Shown here one piece after another: positions 10,494-20,498 of a stretch of 64,000 nucleotides of DNA (positions within the stretch are counted from its first letter, which is position 1; the number at the start of each line of letters is the position of its first letter). This stretch comes from Bacilli bacterium (GTDB taxonomy: Bacteria; Bacillota_I; Bacilli_A; ML615J-28; CAG-698). The stretch covers positions 187,234 through 251,233 of the forward strand of contig JBMNLX010000001.1 in NCBI GenBank assembly GCA_050953085.1, in the 5' to 3' direction. The notes beneath the pieces were generated by a model. That model was not told the origin of the DNA and searched no databases. It saw nothing but the letters and a program-made list of their open reading frames with translations. A program made the translations under genes and the position numbers.

Positions 10494-10754
10494 CGCCTTC
10501 TACCTCTCTTTTTACCATTTTATAATAATGAGATGTAGAAAAAAGTGTGATTTTGCGTGGATGAACGGATGTTTTAAGAAAAAGAAAACTTAAGGAAATA
10601 AACCCGCTCAAAAAAACTAGCGCGGCCTAATAAGCAGTTGGCTGCGCGAACGCGCAACTCGCTAAATATTCCGGATAATATTCACAATCGTATATTTTTG
10701 ATAATGAATGCGATTTTATTTTTTTAGTTATCTTATATAAACCACGGAAAAAAT

Positions 10755-10794
10755 AATAAAAGCCAAGGAGTTTTGTAATTCCTTGGCTTTTATT
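10755..10794. terminator. Intrinsic terminator after rpmG
   Basis: AATAAAAGCCAAGGA...TCCTTGGCTTTTATT inverted repeat. Confidence 0.8.
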
Positions 10795-10804
10795 TCAGTT
10801 AATT

Positions 10805-10960
10805 TTATCTCTTAGTTTTTTCGCGATGTAATGTTTGTTTTCGACACTTCGGGCAGAACTTCATTTGTTCTAACCGATCGGGAGTATTTTTTTTATTTTT
10901 TTCCGTTAAATAATTTTCCTCATTACATACCGTACAACGCATCAAGAATGTTACACGCAT
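10805..10960 (-). CDS. rpmG: 50S ribosomal protein L33, Zn-binding (C+) form
   Basis: Hand-translated 51 aa: [51 protein letters not shown]; AGGAGG RBS; below the ORF-track length cutoff. Confidence 0.95.
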   Translation of the reverse strand: MRVTFLMRCTVCNEENYLTEKNKKNTPDRLEQMKFCPKCRKQTLHREKTKR

Positions 10961-10991
10961 GAAAATTCCTCCTAATTATTTATACCAATTA

Positions 10992-11020
10992 ATTATACTA
11001 CAAACGCGCGCTAATTGCAA
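10992..11020 (-). promoter_or_regulatory. SigmaA promoter of rpmG
   Basis: TTGCAA-N17-TATAAT. Confidence 0.7.
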
Positions 11021-11023
11021 GGA

Positions 11024-11049
11024 TTTTTCTTTTTTTATAACGCGATTAG
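11024..11049 (+). repeat. 26-bp direct repeat, left copy (probable target-site duplication)
   Basis: TTTTTCTTTTTTTATAACGCGATTAG, identical to 12255-12280. Confidence 0.9.
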
Positions 11050-12254
11050 TGTTATGTTACAATACATATGAGACTTATTGTTGAATAAAAAGCAAAAGTG
11101 ATTTATACTCGACCATGTGAAGAAGAAAACAGGCAAATTTTCTTCTAGGAGAGGAGTATAAATCACATGGCCATTATATCACAAAAATTTCACGATATCA
11201 AGACTAAACTACATGCAGTGTTACAGCTTACCGCACGGGAAAGTACTCGGTTTATCACGTGTGCCTGAAGTATCACATTTCCAAAGCCTCGCTTATGCGT
11301 TGGAACAGAGGCCTATGACGGGACTAACGAATCTTTGATGGAGAAGAGTAGGAGACCTCACACGCCGCATCCCAATAGGTCATACGGATTCTTGAAATAA
11401 ACAAAATCAAAGACTTGATTAAACGCAATCCCAATATCGGGCTTACGGAACTGTATACGAAACTAAGGTCGCCAAATCGCTTATTCAAGGCATTATTGCC
11501 AGCTTATATCGCGTTTTAATACGAATAGGGTATTACGTCAACAGCTCAAACGCCAAAGAAGCCCTACAAGCCTCAAAAAATACCACACACCGGAGCTTTT
11601 GGGTGAAAAGATGCAATTAGACGTGAAATATATCCCAAGAGAATGTAACGCGAACGAGAATGACGATAATCGGTATTACCAGTACACGATCATCGATGAA
11701 GCTAGCAGGGAGAGGTTTATCTATGCCTATAATGAGCTTTCATCGTATAGTTCCGTAGACTTTTTGTGACAGAGCCCTGTGTCACTTCGGATACGCGCCA
11801 AAGATTATTCAAACCGATAACGGTCAGGAATTCTCGTACTTTCAGGAAACCCAGAGAGTTCACCCGTTTGATCTAGCGTAGTGAGAAACTTGGAATCCTG
11901 CATAAAACTATCAAACCCAGGACCCCAAGGCATAACGGGAAAGTGGAACGAAGCCATAGAAGCGATAATGAACGATTCTATCGGACTTTAAAATTCTACA
12001 GTTTTGAAGATCTTCAAAAACAGATGCGAAGATATTTACGCCGGTCTAACCGTATCGGCATGACGCCTCTTAATTACAGGACTCCGGTTGAGATGCGGGA
12101 ATACTTGATTTCCAAACGGTATGGTGAACTTACTCAAAAGCCATTCTCTAAAAAATTCGCGTCCAGACAATAAGGGGGACACATTCCCCCTTAAACCCCT
12201 TTGTTATCTTCTTCTTTCTTATTCTTTTAGTCTCATATCATTTACAATCTTACA
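11050..12254 (+). mobile_element. IS481/IS1202-like insertion sequence (1205 bp)
   Basis: TGT...ACA ends; 26-bp imperfect terminal IRs (18/26 match, shared ATATGAGACT); flanking 26-bp direct repeat; internal DDE transposase. Confidence 0.88.
11167..12173 (+). pseudogene. DDE transposase, multiply frameshifted as sequenced
   Basis: Reconstructed segments HISKASLMRWN, SRRPHTPHPN, QLDVKY, QTDNGQEF, PRTPRHNG.KVERSH lie in changing frames. Confidence 0.85.
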
Positions 12255-12280
12255 TTTTTCTTTTTTTATAACGCGATTAG
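12255..12280 (+). repeat. 26-bp direct repeat, right copy
   Basis: Identical to 11024-11049. Confidence 0.9.
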
Positions 12281-12702
12281 ACCTTTATTTACGGTGTTTT
12301 TCAGTTTGCGCGGGAATAATTATTGCATTGATTAGTTATTATATAGTAAAATTGTTTTAGAGAGAACATAATAAAAGGGAGGAGATTTGTTAAACGCACT
12401 GAAGATTCCGATATTGACTTTTTGGAGATTAACGGGAATGCTATCCAAAAATCGGAATCTCCATATAGTTTTTTCGCGTTGGAAGAAGAAATCAAAATAA
12501 CAAAAATTGATGACTTTTCGCCGAATTGGTTTGGCATCCCGCTTACTTAGGCGAATCTAATTAAGTAAAGCAAAGGTAGTTTAATGAAGTTTTTCACTTT
12601 TGAAAGATTACTACTGTCGCGAATTATTTATTTGCGATAACGGTCAAATTATGATAAAATAAATAGGCAATAATTATTTAATAATATAAGGAGTAATGTC
12701 AT

Positions 12703-13185
12703 ATGTTCGAGGAAAAACTAGAAAAACAAGAAGAAACGCGAAAGCCGTTAAAAATGAACCGGAAGGAAAAACGCCGGCTGCGGATTATAAATCGCCTGAT
12801 TGAGGGCGAGATCAACGGACCCAAAGCCGCCAAAATGCTTAAAGTCACGACCCGGCAAATCCGCAATCTCAAACGCCAGGTTCTTGAAGAAGGCGAAATC
12901 GGCGTCGTTCATAAAAACCGTTTTTATAAACCCGTTAACCGATACGAAGAAGATATGCGCAAAGAAATCGCCCATATTTACCGCGTCGAATTCCGGAAAA
13001 ACAAGACTAACTTCACCGAATTCGCGCGGATAATGCAGGAACGCGGGTATAATCTCTCGCGCAGCACGATATATAATATCCTGCGGGAAAACCGGATTCG
13101 CTCGCCCCAGCGCAAGCGAAAGAAGCGAAGGAAAAAGCAAATCATCCAGGTGACAAATGTTCAGAACCAAGACCAAAAAAATTAA
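12703..13185 (+). CDS. HTH protein resembling the N-terminus of ISNCY/IS1202-type transposases, without DDE domain
   Basis: AAKMLKVTTRQIRNLK...EG..GVVHKNR and NFTEF...LSRSTIYNIL; AAGGAG RBS; overlaps ispG start. Confidence 0.7.
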   Translation: MFEEKLEKQEETRKPLKMNRKEKRRLRIINRLIEGEINGPKAAKMLKVTTRQIRNLKRQVLEEGEIGVVHKNRFYKPVNRYEEDMRKEIAHIYRVEFRKNKTNFTEFARIMQERGYNLSRSTIYNILRENRIRSPQRKRKKRRKKQIIQVTNVQNQDQKN

Positions 13186-14221
13186 TATCGGCAATACCGC
13201 GATCGGCGGCGGGGCTCCCGTCGCCATCCAAAGCATGACAACGACCAAAACCAAGGACACGGAAACGACCATCCGGGCGATCCGGGAACTTGAGAAAGTT
13301 GGTTGCGAGATCATCAGAGTCGCCGTGTTCGATCAAAAAGACGCCGCGGCGCTCGGGGAAATCAAAAAAAATATTTCCATCCCGCTTGTGGCTGATATCC
13401 ATTTCGATTACCGACTGGCTCTCGCCGCGATCGAGCAAGGAATCGATAAACTGCGGATTAACCCCGGCAATATCGGCGGGCTGGAGCGCGTGCGGAAAGT
13501 AACGGAGGCCTGCCGGAAAAAGAACATCCCGATCAGGATTGGGATTAATTCGGGGTCGCTCGAAAAAAACCTGCTTCCGCTATACCATAAAGACCCGGCG
13601 GCGGCGCTAATAGAAAGCGCTCGGAGGAATGTCGCGATCCTCGAGTCGCTTGACTTTACCGACATCGTCCTCTCGCTTAAAGCCACCGACCCGCTTGTTA
13701 CGATTGACGCTTACCGGCGGGCGGCGCGCGTTTTTCCTTATCCCCTGCATCTCGGTCTTACCGAGGCGGGATCCTTGTTCTCCGGGACGATCCGTTCTTC
13801 GGCCGCTTTGGGTATACTTCTTTCCGAAGGCATCGGCGACACGATCCGTGTCTCGCTTACCGCCGACGCCGTCGAGGAAATAAGGGTCGCGAAAGAACTC
13901 CTCGCCGCCTTCGGCTTATACAAAAAGCCAACGCTTATCAGCTGCCCCACCTGCGGGAGGATTCAGTACGACATGCGGCCGATCGTGGACGAGATTGAAC
14001 GCTTTCTCGACTGCTTGGGAAATATCGACATCAAGGTCGCGATTATGGGCTGCGCCGTGAACGGTCCCGGGGAAGCTCGCGAAGCTGATATCGGCGTCGC
14101 CGGCGGAAAGGACGGCGCCCTGCTCTTTAAAAAGGGCGAAATCATCGGCCGCCTGAAAACGGTGGAAATTGTCCCCGTCCTGAAAGAAGAAATCCTTAAA
14201 CTAAAAAAAGAAAAAGAGTAA
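13157..14221 (+). CDS. ispG: (E)-4-hydroxy-3-methylbut-2-enyl diphosphate synthase
   Basis: QSMT, VADIHFD, RINPGNIG, SCPTCGR, MGCAVNGPGEA. Confidence 0.97.
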   Translation: MFRTKTKKINIGNTAIGGGAPVAIQSMTTTKTKDTETTIRAIRELEKVGCEIIRVAVFDQKDAAALGEIKKNISIPLVADIHFDYRLALAAIEQGIDKLRINPGNIGGLERVRKVTEACRKKNIPIRIGINSGSLEKNLLPLYHKDPAAALIESARRNVAILESLDFTDIVLSLKATDPLVTIDAYRRAARVFPYPLHLGLTEAGSLFSGTIRSSAALGILLSEGIGDTIRVSLTADAVEEIRVAKELLAAFGLYKKPTLISCPTCGRIQYDMRPIVDEIERFLDCLGNIDIKVAIMGCAVNGPGEAREADIGVAGGKDGALLFKKGEIIGRLKTVEIVPVLKEEILKLKKEKE

Positions 14222-14262
14222 AAACTACTCTTTTTTTTATGTTCAAATCGCGTTTAAATTTT

Positions 14263-14475
14263 CTACGCTTTCTTAATGGATACGACGTCATAACCGGCGT
14301 TCTCGACCGCGTCAATAATCACCCGGTCTTCGACGGGTTTGCTTAAGGAGAGAACGACGTTTTTATCCTTGAGGCTTACATTCGCGACGACGCCGTCAAG
14401 GCTGTTTAAAGCCCGCTCGATGCGGCGAACGCAATGCTCGCAACTCATGCCTTTTATTTTCACGACTTTTTTCAT
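14263..14475 (-). CDS. copZ: Heavy-metal-associated (CopZ-like) chaperone
   Basis: GMSCEHC motif; start at MKKVVK after GGAGG RBS. Confidence 0.88.
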   Translation of the reverse strand: MKKVVKIKGMSCEHCVRRIERALNSLDGVVANVSLKDKNVVLSLSKPVEDRVIIDAVENAGYDVVSIKKA

Positions 14476-14491
14476 TTCATCACCTCCGGAG

Positions 14492-15781
14492 CTAATCTTC
14501 CTCACCCTTAACGTTATCCGCGGCCAGCATAACCTTGCTCTCGACATCTTCTATCGCCGTGACTTGTTCAAGCTGTCTTTGGATTTGTCTCGTCCTGACG
14601 CCGACTAATTTGTCGAGCTGCTCGTTGGCTTGGCTGATGCGTTTTTGCGTTTCCGCCAAAACGGAGCCAAACTTTTCGAATTCCGTTTTCACCCGGCCCA
14701 AGATCTTCCATACCTCGCCGCTGTGTTTTTGAATCGCCAGCGTCCTAAAGCCCATATGCAGGGAGTTTAGCAGCGCGGCCATTGTCGTCGGTCCGGCGAC
14801 GTTTATCCGGTGTTCCCTTTGCATCCGTTCCACGACCCCTAGCTTAACCGCCTCGGCGTATAGCCCCTCAATCGGCAAAAACATGATTGCGAATTCGGTC
14901 GTGCGGGGAACGTCGATATATTTCCGGCTAATGTTTTTCGCTTCCTGAAGCAATACTCTTTCCAGTTCTTTCTGCGTCTGTTTGACCGCGACCGCGTCGC
15001 CGCTTTCATAGGCGTCAAGCAGACGTCGGTAATCCTCCAAGGGGAATTTCGCGTCAATCGGCAAGTAAACCGGCTCGTTCTCGTTCGGACCCGGTAACTT
15101 GACCGCGAATTCGACCCGGTCGTTGCTTCCTCTCTTGGTCGCGAAATCGGTGACATATTGCTCGGGCGCGAGAATCTGTTCCAAAATATTACCGAGTTGA
15201 ATCTCTCCCCACGCGCCGCGCGTCTTGACGTTGCTTAAGACTCGCTTTAAGTCGCCGACGCCGTCCGCCAGGTTCCGCATCTCGCCCAATCCTTTATACA
15301 CTTCCTCCAGCCGCTCGCTTACGAGCCGGAAGGATTGGGTAATCCGGTCCTCGAGCGTTTTTTGGAGTTTCTCGTCGACCATATGGCGGATTTCGTCGAG
15401 CTTTTTCGCGTTCTCGTTTTGCAGGCGGGCGAGTGATTTCTCGACGGTGTCGCGAATGCCGTTAAGCGACGAGTCGAGGTTTTTGCGGATATTTTCGAGC
15501 TTTTGCTCGGTTTCCATCGCAAATTTAGTGTCCCTGTCCGAGCCCTGCTGGAAAAACGAGTTTATCGACTTCAACAAAAGATCGCTGTTGTCTTTTTGCG
15601 TCTGGGATATTACTTTTCCCAAGTTGTCAATCGAGTTGTTGAGCGATTCGTTAATATCAAGGCGCGTCTCTAATAAAAACTCGCGGACATTGGTTTTCGG
15701 CCGCCTAATTAACAAAACGACCAATAAAACGAGAGCGACGGCCGTTAGGCCTAAATTAATCCAAATAATGATCTCGGGCAT
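14492..15781 (-). CDS. rmuC: DNA recombination protein RmuC
   Basis: N-terminal TM, coiled coil, KTRGAWGEIQL and PIDAKFP motifs. Confidence 0.95.
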   Translation of the reverse strand: MPEIIIWINLGLTAVALVLLVVLLIRRPKTNVREFLLETRLDINESLNNSIDNLGKVISQTQKDNSDLLLKSINSFFQQGSDRDTKFAMETEQKLENIRKNLDSSLNGIRDTVEKSLARLQNENAKKLDEIRHMVDEKLQKTLEDRITQSFRLVSERLEEVYKGLGEMRNLADGVGDLKRVLSNVKTRGAWGEIQLGNILEQILAPEQYVTDFATKRGSNDRVEFAVKLPGPNENEPVYLPIDAKFPLEDYRRLLDAYESGDAVAVKQTQKELERVLLQEAKNISRKYIDVPRTTEFAIMFLPIEGLYAEAVKLGVVERMQREHRINVAGPTTMAALLNSLHMGFRTLAIQKHSGEVWKILGRVKTEFEKFGSVLAETQKRISQANEQLDKLVGVRTRQIQRQLEQVTAIEDVESKVMLAADNVKGEED

Positions 15782-15785
15782 AACC

Positions 15786-16676
15786 TCATCCTTTCTTTAA
15801 TTCCTCGATAAAATCATGAAAGCGACCGCGCCGCAGCATGGCGATCTCTTCCCGATACGGCGGGATCTCTCGGTTTTCGGTTTTCACGTACGGCGTTTCA
15901 AGGATCTTCGGCCGATCGGAAAACCGCGGGTCGGACGCGATCCGATAAAGAGCGTCGAAGCCGATCTTGCCGTAACCGATGTTCTCATGCCGATCCTTCC
16001 GCGCCCCGCGCTCGTTTTTCGAGTCGTTAACGTGAATCACCGCCAGGCGGTCAAGACCGATCTCGCGATCGAAGAGGGCGATCGTTTCCTCATATCCGGA
16101 GACGATATCATATCCGGCGTCATGCGCGTGGCAAGTATCAAAACAAATCTTTAGCCGCGGGCTGTCTACGGCTTTGATCAGGAGCGCGAGTTCCTTGAAA
16201 GACTTACCCGCCTCCGTTCCCTTGCCGGACATCGTCTCGACGGCGAGATCAACCCCCGACTCCTCCGTTCGCTCGATAATCTCCCTCAGGGCGCGGGCGA
16301 TATTATCGATTCCTTCTTCCACCGAAAGTTTTAAGCGATTCCCGGGATGAAAAACATAGTTTTTCGCGCCGATAATCCCGGCGTCGATTATCTCTGACAC
16401 CATATAATCAATGGCGAACCGCCGGTGGCTCCCGTCTTCCTGGGCGAGATTAAGAATATAAGGCGCGTGGATCACCACGTCAGCAAAATCAATATTTCCC
16501 TCCGCCGCGAGCCGGCGCGCTTCGTCCGCCCGCAACCGCGAAAGCGGCTTACGGTAAGAGTTTTGCGGGGGGCCCAAATAAATCATCAGGCAATTCGCTT
16601 CATACGACATCGCCTCGCGAACCGCGCCCAGAAGCATTTCGGCGCCTTTATTTGAAACGTGGGAGCCGATCTTCAT
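15786..16676 (-). CDS. nfo: Endonuclease IV
   Basis: HAPYILNL, ETMSGKG, CFDTCH, DRHENIG, ILETP. Confidence 0.95.
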   Translation of the reverse strand: MKIGSHVSNKGAEMLLGAVREAMSYEANCLMIYLGPPQNSYRKPLSRLRADEARRLAAEGNIDFADVVIHAPYILNLAQEDGSHRRFAIDYMVSEIIDAGIIGAKNYVFHPGNRLKLSVEEGIDNIARALREIIERTEESGVDLAVETMSGKGTEAGKSFKELALLIKAVDSPRLKICFDTCHAHDAGYDIVSGYEETIALFDREIGLDRLAVIHVNDSKNERGARKDRHENIGYGKIGFDALYRIASDPRFSDRPKILETPYVKTENREIPPYREEIAMLRRGRFHDFIEELKKG

Positions 16677-17983
16677 TTTCGCTTCGCCCTTTCCCGGTAA
16701 ATTGCGTCGATCCTTTGCCGGCGAAGACGGCGGATATGTTTCTCGATTTCCAATTTGCGTTTTTTCCGGTACCCGGGTTTTACTTTCTTGGGAAGAGGGA
16801 TTTTCCGGTGAAGTTCTTCCCCGGGTTTTGGCCGCGGCCGGAGCGACCGGGAGCTCACCTTTCTTAGCTCACCGCCTTTAAAATCCATTAACGCGCACTT
16901 AAGGCCCTTGGCCCTTAATTTTTGTAAGTAATCGATATCATCGTAATCGTATAAGGAATACGAGATCCCGGTAAAACCGGCTCTTCCCGCGCGCCCGACG
17001 CGGTGAACGAAATAATCGATCTCCGGCGGAAGCTCGTAATTTATCACGTGGCTCGCGCCGACGATATCGATTCCCCGCGCCGCGAGATCCGTCGCGACGA
17101 CATACTGGAACTGCCCCGCTTTGATCCGACGCAATATTTGCTTGCGCTCGCGGGAGGTAAGCTCGCCCGTGAGTTTCCCGACGTTATAACCGGCAGACGC
17201 CATCCGCCCCGCGAGTTCGTCGGCCCGGGATTTCGTGTTTACGAATATCAAAGCCAAATAGGGGTGAAAATTCGCTAAAAGATTGTCAAGCAATTGGTCT
17301 TTATCGCGGTTTTTGACCGGAATCAAGACATGCTCGACCGAGCTCGTCGCAAATTCGCGCCCCGACAAATCAATCATCGGGATTTTCTCCAGGTATTTGT
17401 TTAAAAAGACGCGCAGTTCCTGGTTGACGGTCGCCGAGAACACAAGAATCTGGACTGTCTCGTCAACGCGGGAAAGAATCCCGTCGACGTCCGCGAGCCT
17501 GTCGGACTCGAAAATCATGTCGGCCTCGTCAAATACGACCGACTTTATCGTGTGAATTTTTAAGACATTCTCCGTGACGGCGAGATCATTGATTTTGCCG
17601 ATCGTGCCGATGACGATTTTCGGCTGCGACTTTTCCAATCTCTCGATTTCGCGCTCCCGGTCGGCGCCGCCGACATAAAGCCTGACGTCGATCGGCTCCG
17701 GGGCGCGGCTCGTTATCTTTACCGTCTCCTCGTATAACTGAAACCCGAGTTCGCGGGTCGGCGTGAGTATCAGGACATCCGTTTCCGGGCCGGGTCCAAG
17801 ACCATTTATCAGGGGAAAAAGGAAGGCGTGGGTTTTCCCCGTTCCGGTCTGGCTTTTGCCGATAACGGACTCGCCGGCGAGAACCTTCGGAATAATTTTC
17901 TCTTGGATCTCCGTCGGCTTTTCAAAGCCGAGTTCCCGAATCGCCTCGTTAATGAAATTTTTAAAGTTGTATTTTCTAAACAA
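16673..17983 (-). CDS. cshB: DEAD-box RNA helicase, CshB-like
   Basis: QTGTGKT, DEAD, SAT, HRVGRAGR; C-terminal KKVKPGY; adjacent to nfo. Confidence 0.9.
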   Translation of the reverse strand: MFRKYNFKNFINEAIRELGFEKPTEIQEKIIPKVLAGESVIGKSQTGTGKTHAFLFPLINGLGPGPETDVLILTPTRELGFQLYEETVKITSRAPEPIDVRLYVGGADREREIERLEKSQPKIVIGTIGKINDLAVTENVLKIHTIKSVVFDEADMIFESDRLADVDGILSRVDETVQILVFSATVNQELRVFLNKYLEKIPMIDLSGREFATSSVEHVLIPVKNRDKDQLLDNLLANFHPYLALIFVNTKSRADELAGRMASAGYNVGKLTGELTSRERKQILRRIKAGQFQYVVATDLAARGIDIVGASHVINYELPPEIDYFVHRVGRAGRAGFTGISYSLYDYDDIDYLQKLRAKGLKCALMDFKGGELRKVSSRSLRPRPKPGEELHRKIPLPKKVKPGYRKKRKLEIEKHIRRLRRQRIDAIYRERAKRK

Positions 17984-19292
17984 TTACTTCACCTCGCGAT
18001 AGGGGATAGGCCGCGCTGACGATGCGAACGGGATAGATCGCGTTTATTTCGGCGCCAGAAAGCGAAAACGCGATTTCCAGGTAATTATCGGAATGACCGC
18101 GCGCCAAGCCGTTCTCGATCTTCTCGACGATTACGGGGAGAACGCGGCCTTCAAACCGCTTTCGGTACCGCATAGCCATTTCGCGGTTTAGTTCAAGCAG
18201 GGAATTAACCCGTTCTTTTTTCACGGACTGAGGAACTTGCGGGGAAAAAGCGGCCGCTTTCGTCCCCGGGCGCGGCGAATAAGGGAAGACATGCATCTCG
18301 CCAAAACGCATTTGTTCGATAAAAGAGCGCGCGGCGCGAAAATCGTCATCCGTCTCGCCGGGAAAACCGACCATGACGTCGGTCGTGATATTAATATCGG
18401 GAAAGAGATCCCGGATTTTATCGATTTTTGCCATATAATCGGCGGTCGCGTATTTGCGGTTCATCTTTTCCAAAATCTTATCGGTCCCGCCCTGCAAGGG
18501 GATATGAAGATGCCGGCAAAAACGGTCGCGATGCCGGGCGATGACCGAGAGATAATCGTCCGTTATCTCCGTGATCTCGATCGATGATATCCGCAGCCGG
18601 CGCAAGTCCGCGATCCCGCTAAAAATATCCTCAAGCAAATTAGCGAAACCGTATCCCTTAAGGTCGGCTCCGTAAGCCGCGGTGTTGATCCCCGTTAGGA
18701 CAACTTCCTTAATTCCCGTCGCGACCAATTTTTTGATCTCCGCGATAATGTCTCCGGCCGCGCGGCTGCGGACGCGCCCGCGGGCGAAAGGAATCGCGCA
18801 ATAACTGCAAAAATTATCGCACCCGTCCTGGATTTTTACAAACCCCCGGACGCGGCTTACGTAACTTCCGATCTTAAGTTCCTCGTAGGCGCGGAGATTA
18901 TTGACGGGCCCGACCCCGCAATAAGCCTCTTTCTCACGTAAAAATTTTTCGACTAATTCGAACAATAAATGGCGTTCGCCGGTGCCAATAACGATATCAA
19001 CGCCGGGTATCTTCGCGACCTCGCCGGGGTTGAGTTGAGAAAAACAACCCATAACGGCGATAACGGCGTCGGGATTGCGCCTGATCGCCTGGCGGATAAC
19101 TTTCCGGCTTTTGGCGTCGGAGTTGGCCGTGACCGTGCAGGTATTGATGATGCATACGTCGCTTTCGTCGCGAAAATCAACGAGTTTGTAGCCGCGCTCG
19201 AGAAACCGGTTGACGACGGCGGTCGCCTCGTATTCGTTCACCTTGCATCCCAAGGCGTAATAACTTACCCGCATCTTAAAGCTCCGTTTCAT
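17976..19292 (-). CDS. mtaB: tRNA t6A37 methylthiotransferase
   Basis: LGCKVN, INTCTVT, radical-SAM CDNFCSYC; downstream of rsmE. Confidence 0.95.
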   Translation of the reverse strand: MKRSFKMRVSYYALGCKVNEYEATAVVNRFLERGYKLVDFRDESDVCIINTCTVTANSDAKSRKVIRQAIRRNPDAVIAVMGCFSQLNPGEVAKIPGVDIVIGTGERHLLFELVEKFLREKEAYCGVGPVNNLRAYEELKIGSYVSRVRGFVKIQDGCDNFCSYCAIPFARGRVRSRAAGDIIAEIKKLVATGIKEVVLTGINTAAYGADLKGYGFANLLEDIFSGIADLRRLRISSIEITEITDDYLSVIARHRDRFCRHLHIPLQGGTDKILEKMNRKYATADYMAKIDKIRDLFPDINITTDVMVGFPGETDDDFRAARSFIEQMRFGEMHVFPYSPRPGTKAAAFSPQVPQSVKKERVNSLLELNREMAMRYRKRFEGRVLPVIVEKIENGLARGHSDNYLEIAFSLSGAEINAIYPVRIVSAAYPLSRGEVIV

Positions 19293-20001
19293 ACGCTAAA
19301 ACGCTCATGACATAAAGCGGCGCCGTTTCCGTTCTTAATATCCGCGGGCCGAGACCGACGGCGGTAAAACCGGCCTCGTCCAAAAGCCGCGCCTCGTTGG
19401 GGGCGATGCCGCCCTCGGGGCCGATCAAAACGAGAACGGGGGAATCCTTAAGACCGGAGGCGATTTTTCTTAAGCCGCCGGCGGCGCCGACTTCCTCGTA
19501 GGCGTATATTTTTACCGGGAAATCGCGGGAGAAATCGAGAAAATCAACGAAACTAAGCGGCGGGAGAATGTTTAGGAGACGGTTTCGGCCGGACTGCTCG
19601 CAGGCTTCTTTCGCAATCGCCTCAAGCCGCGCCCGTTTCGCGGCGCTCTCGCCTTTAGCGACGCTTCTTTCCATGCGCACGGGAAGATAGGCGGCGGCGC
19701 CAAGCTCGGCGAGGCGACGCGCCGCTTCTTCATGTTTCCGGGATCGCGTAAAGCCGTGGGCGACGGTCACCTTAACCCGCATTTCCGGGTCGCCGGGAAT
19801 TTCTTCGATTATCCGCGCCGCGACCGTCTTCTCCCCGAAGCCCGAGATTTCCGCAAAATACGCCTTCCCGTCGCCGGGGCAGACGATAATCCGGTCTTTA
19901 ACCCTCATCCGCATCACGTTTTTTATATGATGATAATCGCCGCCGGTAATCTCAATTTCCGCGCCCGCGCGCGACGCGGTGGCGATAAAATATCTTTGCA
20001 T
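19276..20001 (-). CDS. rsmE: 16S rRNA m3U1498 methyltransferase
   Basis: EACEQS, IGPEGG, LGPRILRTETA. Confidence 0.95.
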   Translation of the reverse strand: MQRYFIATASRAGAEIEITGGDYHHIKNVMRMRVKDRIIVCPGDGKAYFAEISGFGEKTVAARIIEEIPGDPEMRVKVTVAHGFTRSRKHEEAARRLAELGAAAYLPVRMERSVAKGESAAKRARLEAIAKEACEQSGRNRLLNILPPLSFVDFLDFSRDFPVKIYAYEEVGAAGGLRKIASGLKDSPVLVLIGPEGGIAPNEARLLDEAGFTAVGLGPRILRTETAPLYVMSVLAYETEL

Positions 20002-20109
20002 AAAAACACCTTCTTATCTTATATTATACACCAATAGCTCCCAAATTAAAAGAAAATTGCGTCCGACGGACGCGTTTTAAAAAAAGGTATCGCCAAGACG
20101 ACGCCTTTG

Positions 20110-20427
20110 TTAGTTTGCGCTTTTCGTTTCCCGGCGAAAGATAACCGTGGAGACGATGAGGATCATAATCGCCCAGAAGATGACCGCGACAAGCGCGAGC
20201 CAAGCCTTGATTTCCTGATTCTTAACGAAAATCAAAACGGCGAGCACGGCGATATCGAAGGGAAAGGTTGCGGCGGAGGTTGCCGCGTGAATTTTTCGCC
20301 AAATTCGTCGCGAGGCGACCGTCTGCGTCCAGATGCCGTAATGCCGCTTTCTTTTTATGAAAAAAACCGATAGCGAGTATTGAAGAAACAAGGCGAGGAC
20401 GAATCCGCATACATATGTTCCAAACAT
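20110..20427 (-). CDS. Hypothetical three-TM membrane protein
   Basis: MFGTYVC start after GAGG RBS; three hydrophobic stretches. Confidence 0.55.
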   Translation of the reverse strand: MFGTYVCGFVLALFLQYSLSVFFIKRKRHYGIWTQTVASRRIWRKIHAATSAATFPFDIAVLAVLIFVKNQEIKAWLALVAVIFWAIMILIVSTVIFRRETKSAN

Positions 20428-20498
20428 AGTAGGACCTCTTTTCCCCGAATAATCTATCGATATTATACCATTGTCGCGCGGGAAATACAATAACGAAA

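Noticed and set aside
10633-10663. GC-rich hairpin in the spoIIIE-rpmG intergenic region as an ncRNA
   Set aside because: Single short stem-loop, no second copy noticed and no family motif.
11050-11065. TTATGTTACA resembling a XerD arm of a dif site
   Set aside because: It lies inside the IS terminal repeat and has no XerC arm at the right spacing.
12121-12537. Short ORFs 12121-12360 and 12301-12537
   Set aside because: They span or abut the IS end in AT-rich DNA with no RBS or motif.
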